Source of the DNA: Casimicrobiaceae bacterium
GTDB lineage: Bacteria; Pseudomonadota; Gammaproteobacteria; Burkholderiales; Casimicrobiaceae
Length of the DNA: 64,000 bases
Assembly (NCBI GenBank): GCA_035605875.1
Contig: DATNGN010000020.1
Span: 836 to 64,835 of the forward strand
Direction of reading: 5' to 3'
Shown here: one piece after another, positions 59,695-64,000 of the stretch
Numbering within the stretch: the stretch's first letter is position 1
How the letters are laid out: the number at the start of each line of letters is the position of its first letter
Translations under genes and position numbers: made by a program
Notes under the pieces: model-generated
The model's input: only the letters and a program-made list of their open reading frames with translations
Told to the model about the DNA's origin: nothing
Database searches by the model: none

Positions 59695-60327
59695 CTATCG
59701 CTTCGCGATCCCTTCGACGAGCAACTTGGCACCAAACGCCGCGAACGCGACGCCGGCGACGCGCTCGATCGCCTGCTGCCAACGCGCGTAGACCGATCGC
59801 GCGCGCTTCCGCGAAAACACGACGCTCAGCAGGCAGCGCCACGTCGCGGAAACGACGACGATGCCGACCCACGAAAGCAATCGGGCCCACGTCGGCGTCG
59901 TCGTGGTCAGCGTGACTGCAAAGATGCTTGCGAAAAAGAGGACCGTTTGCGGATTCGCGAGGTCGGTCACGAGCCCGCGCAGCAGGAGATTCCTCGGCAT
60001 GCCGCGTGACGCGCGAGGCACTTCGTCGAGTTGCAGATCGCTGCCGCCTTTCAACATTTTCCACGCAAGCCACAGCAGATAGAGCCCGCCCGCGATCTTG
60101 ATTGCGGTGAACAGATCGCCGCTCTCGCCGATGACGGCAGCCATGCCGAGAAGGCCCAGCGCTGCGTAGATCGCATCGCCGAGAGCGACGCCGAGTCCCG
60201 CCGCGATGCCGGCCGTTCGTCCGGCGGAAAGGCTCGATTGCACGACGACGAGCAGGTTCGGTCCGGGACTCAGGAACGTCAGGGCGAAAAGGCCGATCGT
60301 GAGCAGGACGGAGTGGGTGGGTGTCAT
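59695..60327 (-). CDS. LysE/RhtB family amino-acid exporter
   Basis: SPGPN, GGLYLLWL and NPQTVLFF. Confidence 0.92.
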   Translation of the reverse strand: MTPTHSVLLTIGLFALTFLSPGPNLLVVVQSSLSAGRTAGIAAGLGVALGDAIYAALGLLGMAAVIGESGDLFTAIKIAGGLYLLWLAWKMLKGGSDLQLDEVPRASRGMPRNLLLRGLVTDLANPQTVLFFASIFAVTLTTTTPTWARLLSWVGIVVVSATWRCLLSVVFSRKRARSVYARWQQAIERVAGVAFAAFGAKLLVEGIAKR

Positions 60328-60377
60328 TGCTCGTCGTTATGGCAGCAAGCGCAGCGGGTGTGGGAGCGGCAAGGCGC

Positions 60378-60650
60378 TCATCGGCGCCGCCCCCATCGCC
60401 AACGCGGCGGTTCGCCCGTCAACCAGCATACGGCGACGAGCAGGCAGGTGAGAGCGAGCACATAGATGGCGAAGCGACCGGGCGACAGGGAGGGCTGCAT
60501 GAAAGCGGCGCCGACGCCGATCAAAAGTACGTAGATCGCGATGACGACCCATCCCTTCCAGGTCGTGGGAAAGCTCCATCCCCAGCCGTAGCGCTTGGCG
60601 GGAAACCAGTATCGCCGATCACCGGGCATTGCCGGCCGCTCGTCGTCCAT
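60378..60650 (-). CDS. Small 2-TM membrane protein
   Basis: WFPAKRYGWGW..P.TWKGW and GEPPRWRWG. Confidence 0.75.
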   Translation of the reverse strand: MDDERPAMPGDRRYWFPAKRYGWGWSFPTTWKGWVVIAIYVLLIGVGAAFMQPSLSPGRFAIYVLALTCLLVAVCWLTGEPPRWRWGRRR

Positions 60651-60670
60651 GTCGAAGCAATGGTAGCGCG

Positions 60671-61057
60671 CTATGGCAACGGCCGCAGTTGCTCGGCGAT
60701 GCTGCGCGTCCTGTCGGTCGTCTCGTTCCCGGTGTGCAACGTCGTCTTGCGTTCGACGAGCAGGACGAGGCACTCCTGCTCGGCGACCGGATTGTGACGG
60801 ACACCCTTCGGAACGACGAAGAGATCGCCTTCACCGAGTACCGCGACGCGCTCCTCCATCTCGATGCGCAGCGACCCCTCGAGAACGTAGAAGAGCTCGT
60901 CCTCGCTGTCGTGGCTGTGCCACGCGAGCGAACCGTGGACCTTGGCCACCTTGACGAAGCAATCGTCGAGCTGGGCGATCACGCGCGGGGACCAATGCTC
61001 GGTCAATGCTTTGGCGATTCGTTCAGGCGAGACGACATCACGCATGTTCGCACCCAT
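60671..61057 (-). CDS. Cupin domain protein
   Basis: WSPRVIA, WHSH..EDELF and PKGVRHNP. Confidence 0.9.
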   Translation of the reverse strand: MGANMRDVVSPERIAKALTEHWSPRVIAQLDDCFVKVAKVHGSLAWHSHDSEDELFYVLEGSLRIEMEERVAVLGEGDLFVVPKGVRHNPVAEQECLVLLVERKTTLHTGNETTDRTRSIAEQLRPLP

Positions 61058-61111
61058 GTTGTCGGCGAAACGATCGATCGGCCGTATTCACTGGCGGGAC
61101 CGTCCTCACCT

Positions 61112-61633
61112 TCACTGCGCTGTCGCGGACGCATCGTCGATCGGCCGCATAGTCGACGACGTCGGGTTCTTCCGCCAGTAGCCCAGGCGCATGAATCGGC
61201 ATCCATCGAATTCGATGAACTCGCTCAGTGGGTAGAAGCCAAGGCGACGATAGAACGGCAACGAATGCTCGGTGGCGTTGACTTCGACGATGCTGAGATC
61301 GGGTGCGCTGTCCGCAAGGTGCTCGAGCATGCGTCGAAACAGCTGTGATCCGATGCCGCGGCGCTGAAATCGGGGATCGACGACCAGCAGATTCAGCATT
61401 CGCGGTTGTTGGCAGAAGATGAAGCCGACAACGGCGTCATCGACAATGGCGACGTGCGCGAACCAACCGGCGCCGATCTTTTCACGAACCAGCGGCGCGG
61501 AGCTCTTGCTCAGCAAGCTGGAAACGGCATCCGAGGTCCAGCCAGGCAGCTTCTCGGGACGCAGGGCTCGTCCTATGAGCTCCGACAGCCGTTCGGCGTC
61601 GAAAAGGGCGGCGGCCCGATAGGATGGCGTCAC
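61112..61633 (-). CDS. GNAT N-acetyltransferase
   Basis: VDPRFQRRGIG and FYRRLGF; start uncertain. Confidence 0.8.
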   Translation of the reverse strand: MTPSYRAAALFDAERLSELIGRALRPEKLPGWTSDAVSSLLSKSSAPLVREKIGAGWFAHVAIVDDAVVGFIFCQQPRMLNLLVVDPRFQRRGIGSQLFRRMLEHLADSAPDLSIVEVNATEHSLPFYRRLGFYPLSEFIEFDGCRFMRLGYWRKNPTSSTMRPIDDASATAQ

Positions 61634-61709
61634 GGGGAAAATGCAAACGATGCGAGGCGAGACACGGGGAGCTCCACGAATCGCGTGCACGGACGCGCCG
61701 ACGAAGGCG

Positions 61710-62231
61710 TCACTCCCAATCGGCCTTCGAACGAGAGGGGATGCCGTCGCCCGCGGGAGCGATGAACTCATAGAGAACGTCCGGGCAGCGTTCTTCATTG
61801 CCATGATCGTCGCATGACTGAATCGCTCGAAAACCATGGCGCTGGTAGAAGCGCCGCGCACCGGCGTTCGCCTGGAACGTGTAGAGCCGAATCGGCGGCA
61901 GCAGGACGGCGAAGGCATGTTCGAGCAGGGCCGAGCCGATGCCCGTTCCCACGTACCGCGGGTCGACGGCCATTTGCATGATCCATGAGCATGCCGGTTC
62001 TCGCCGCATGACTACGACGCCGACGAGTTCGCCATTCCGTTCGGCAATCACGGTTCCGGGCGATGTCACCACCGACGCGCGAACCCAGGTGCGCACCTCG
62101 TCCGGCGTGTGGGCCAGCGGAGCGTAGGGCATGAACGCGGAACGTACGTCGATCAGGATCCGGGCAATCCGCTCCGCATCGGTGACGACGGAAGAGCGGA
62201 GTGCGATGGGTACCGCGCGGGAGCGGGTCAC
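61710..62231 (-). CDS. GNAT N-acetyltransferase
   Basis: GTGIGSALL, LYTFQAN.GARRFY..HGF and NEERCPD; start uncertain. Confidence 0.85.
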   Translation of the reverse strand: MTRSRAVPIALRSSVVTDAERIARILIDVRSAFMPYAPLAHTPDEVRTWVRASVVTSPGTVIAERNGELVGVVVMRREPACSWIMQMAVDPRYVGTGIGSALLEHAFAVLLPPIRLYTFQANAGARRFYQRHGFRAIQSCDDHGNEERCPDVLYEFIAPAGDGIPSRSKADWE

Positions 62232-62291
62232 TTGTTCGAGCGACGCGACGATTCTTCGCTTGATCGACGATCTTGCGACCACTCGCCATCC

Positions 62292-62705
62292 TCAGTCGCG
62301 CTTCGTTTTTGTCGTGCGCGTCGATCCATTGAGGACGACCGCGGCGCGGATAAGCGCCTTGAATGCGGCCGCGTCGATGTTCTCGCCCTCACGGATGTCG
62401 ATCGCTCGCCTCACGTTTCCATCGAGGCTCGAGTTGAAGAGCCTGGCCGGGTCCTTCAATGATGCCCCCTTCGCGAAGGTGAGCTTGACGATCGACTTGT
62501 AGGACTCCCCGGTGCAGATGATCCCGTCATGCGACCACACCGGCGTGCCCATCCACTTCCACTCCTCGACGACGTCCGGGTCTGCCTCCTTGATGAGGTC
62601 GCGCATCCGGCGCAACGTCGCGCCTCGCCAATCTCCGAGAGCGGCGATTCGCTTGTCGATGAGCTCGGATGCCGAAGGGTTCTCGGCCGAATCCGACTTC
62701 TTCAT
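62292..62705 (-). CDS. DUF1801 family protein
   Basis: EEWKWMGTPVW, KLTFAKGASL.DP..LFN and RRAIDI. Confidence 0.88.
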   Translation of the reverse strand: MKKSDSAENPSASELIDKRIAALGDWRGATLRRMRDLIKEADPDVVEEWKWMGTPVWSHDGIICTGESYKSIVKLTFAKGASLKDPARLFNSSLDGNVRRAIDIREGENIDAAAFKALIRAAVVLNGSTRTTKTKRD

Positions 62706-62781
62706 GCTTTCCTCCGCCGATCGTTCCAGACTTCGGGGTCGCGGTCTGACTGCGGCGGCGAGCAGACGCGGGGATCCTCGA

Positions 62782-63194
62782 TCATTCGAGCGAAATACGA
62801 TACCGGAATCCGGGCTCGCTGCGGAATGCGGCGGGCTTCGTGAATCGCTCGACCATCACGCCACCATTCGCCAGAATCACCCGCTGCGACGCGAAGTTGT
62901 CGACGTCGCTCGTGATTTCGACGAAGGCGAGACGCTCCTGCCCGCGAACTCACCGTCCCACATCCACCGCTGAAACCCGGGAAAGCGTGCGGCAACCGAT
63001 CCGTCGGGGAGGGTGATCGACGGCCCTTTCGCGCCGCGGTCATCGAACCCCATTAGAAACGCCGTGGGATCGTGCCTGATGCGCTCGAGCTCCTCGGCCG
63101 CCGCAACGGCGCCCTCGCGTTGTCCGCGGACCAACAGCGCGAGGGCAGCCACGTAACTCGCGAGGTGCGCTTCACGAGGAGGAACGAGTTGCAT
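62782..63194 (-). pseudogene. Decayed GNAT acetyltransferase (frameshifts plus internal deletion)
   Basis: MQLVPP..TLPDGS..PGFQRWMWDGEFAG in one frame, WSADNAR in another, and FVEITSDVDNFASQRVILANGGVMVERFTKP..YRISLE-stop out of frame; the central GHIGY segment is missing. Confidence 0.75.
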
Positions 63195-63744
63195 GATCGG
63201 ATGCTGGACACGAATGCGCGCCGAGTCGGGCGCGATCCCGCAGGTCGTACCACATATGGACTTTCGCGACGAAGGCATCGCCAACGGCAACGGCATACGG
63301 CTCGACGCCAAACGCAACGAAGCCGCATTGCTCGTACAGCGACTGGGCGCCTGCATTGCCCTGCGTGACCGTGAGCTGCACGAGCATGACGCCCGGGCGG
63401 TTTCCTGCGTAATCGAGCGCTGCGCGAACGAGCTTACCGCCAACGCCGCGATGCCTGCACTTTGGCGGGACGTACATGCCGAAGAGCGTTGCCTTGTGCC
63501 TGGCTTTTTCGCGCGTCTGGAATGAAAGACCCGCAACGCCGATCAACCGCTGATCGTCGAAAGCGCCGAACACGACGTCGGGCGATGCGGGTGCTTCGCT
63601 GAGGCGCGACTGCCACCAGGACATCGGTAGAGCGGCGCGCTCCGACACCGTCGAGGTAAACGCATCGGGATGACGCTCGTAGGCGTCGAGCATCAGCTGC
63701 CGGTACGGCAGCACGTCTTCGCGGGTCAGGCGGCGGACGTTCAT
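63172..63744 (-). CDS. GNAT N-acetyltransferase
   Basis: HPDAF, KARHKA.LFGMYV, RHRGVG, LYEQCGF..FG.EP. Confidence 0.9.
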   Translation of the reverse strand: MNVRRLTREDVLPYRQLMLDAYERHPDAFTSTVSERAALPMSWWQSRLSEAPASPDVVFGAFDDQRLIGVAGLSFQTREKARHKATLFGMYVPPKCRHRGVGGKLVRAALDYAGNRPGVMLVQLTVTQGNAGAQSLYEQCGFVAFGVEPYAVAVGDAFVAKVHMWYDLRDRARLGAHSCPASDHATRSSS

Positions 63745-63802
63745 CGCGCTTGTCCTTGAATCTCCTGACATGTCGTGGCTCATGCTCGCAAATCTCGCGA
63801 GA

Positions 63803-64000
63803 TCACGTCAGCGCCGCGTGCTCCAACAACTGGAACGGCGACTCGAGCAGGAAGTCAGGTGCGGCGGCCTGCAGCTCCGCGCGCGAGCCGTGACCCCACA
63901 GTACGCCAACCGAAACCATTCCGTTGGCCTTGGCGGCCATGACATCGATGGCACGATCGCCGATCATCGTCGAAGACGGCGCGACACGGCCTTCGGCCAG
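63803..64000 (-). CDS. HAD hydrolase (phosphoglycolate phosphatase-like), 3' end only
   Basis: Manual translation gives TMIGDRAIDVMAAKANG..VGVLWGHGSRAEL; truncated by the window edge and not in the ORF track. Confidence 0.85.
   Translation of the reverse strand: MAEGRVAPSSTMIGDRAIDVMAAKANGMVSVGVLWGHGSRAELQAAAPDFLLESPFQLLEHAALT

Overview
High-GC, gene-dense bacterial chromosomal window, probably betaproteobacterial (inferred from a Bug/TTT receptor, a Prx5-Grx hybrid and the repeat style). No rRNA, tRNA, CRISPR array, transposase or integrase was seen. Contents, in order: (1) end of a TRAP + enoyl-CoA hydratase + CoA-transferase catabolic operon. (2) A ~19 kb uncharacterised glyco-metabolite cluster with 4 glycosyltransferases, a deacetylase, a histidine phosphatase, 2 methyltransferases, a stand-alone cNMP-binding protein, an ABC exporter whose ATPase motifs are all degenerate, a family-5 ABC importer and a cyclase-like DUF2652 gene. 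(3) A Prx5-Grx/flavin reductase pair behind an OxyR-like site. (4) A PAS-GGDEF-EAL protein. (5) A protealysin-emfourin operon extended by a Trypco2-like lipoprotein. (6) Stress-type small genes. (7) A three-gene operon of CsgG/FlgT-like exported proteins ending in a membrane Ser/Thr kinase. (8) A large Lhr helicase carrying two in-frame copies of a palindromic repeat that also occurs intergenically and at the 5' end of another gene. (9) opgC, then a 13 kb co-oriented run of short enzyme genes including a decayed GNAT pseudogene. The best candidates for undescribed systems are the cNMP/pseudo-ATPase/glycosyltransferase cluster, the CsgG-kinase operon and the protein-coding palindromes. All family calls come from motif recognition by eye, not from database searches, and start codons were refined manually.
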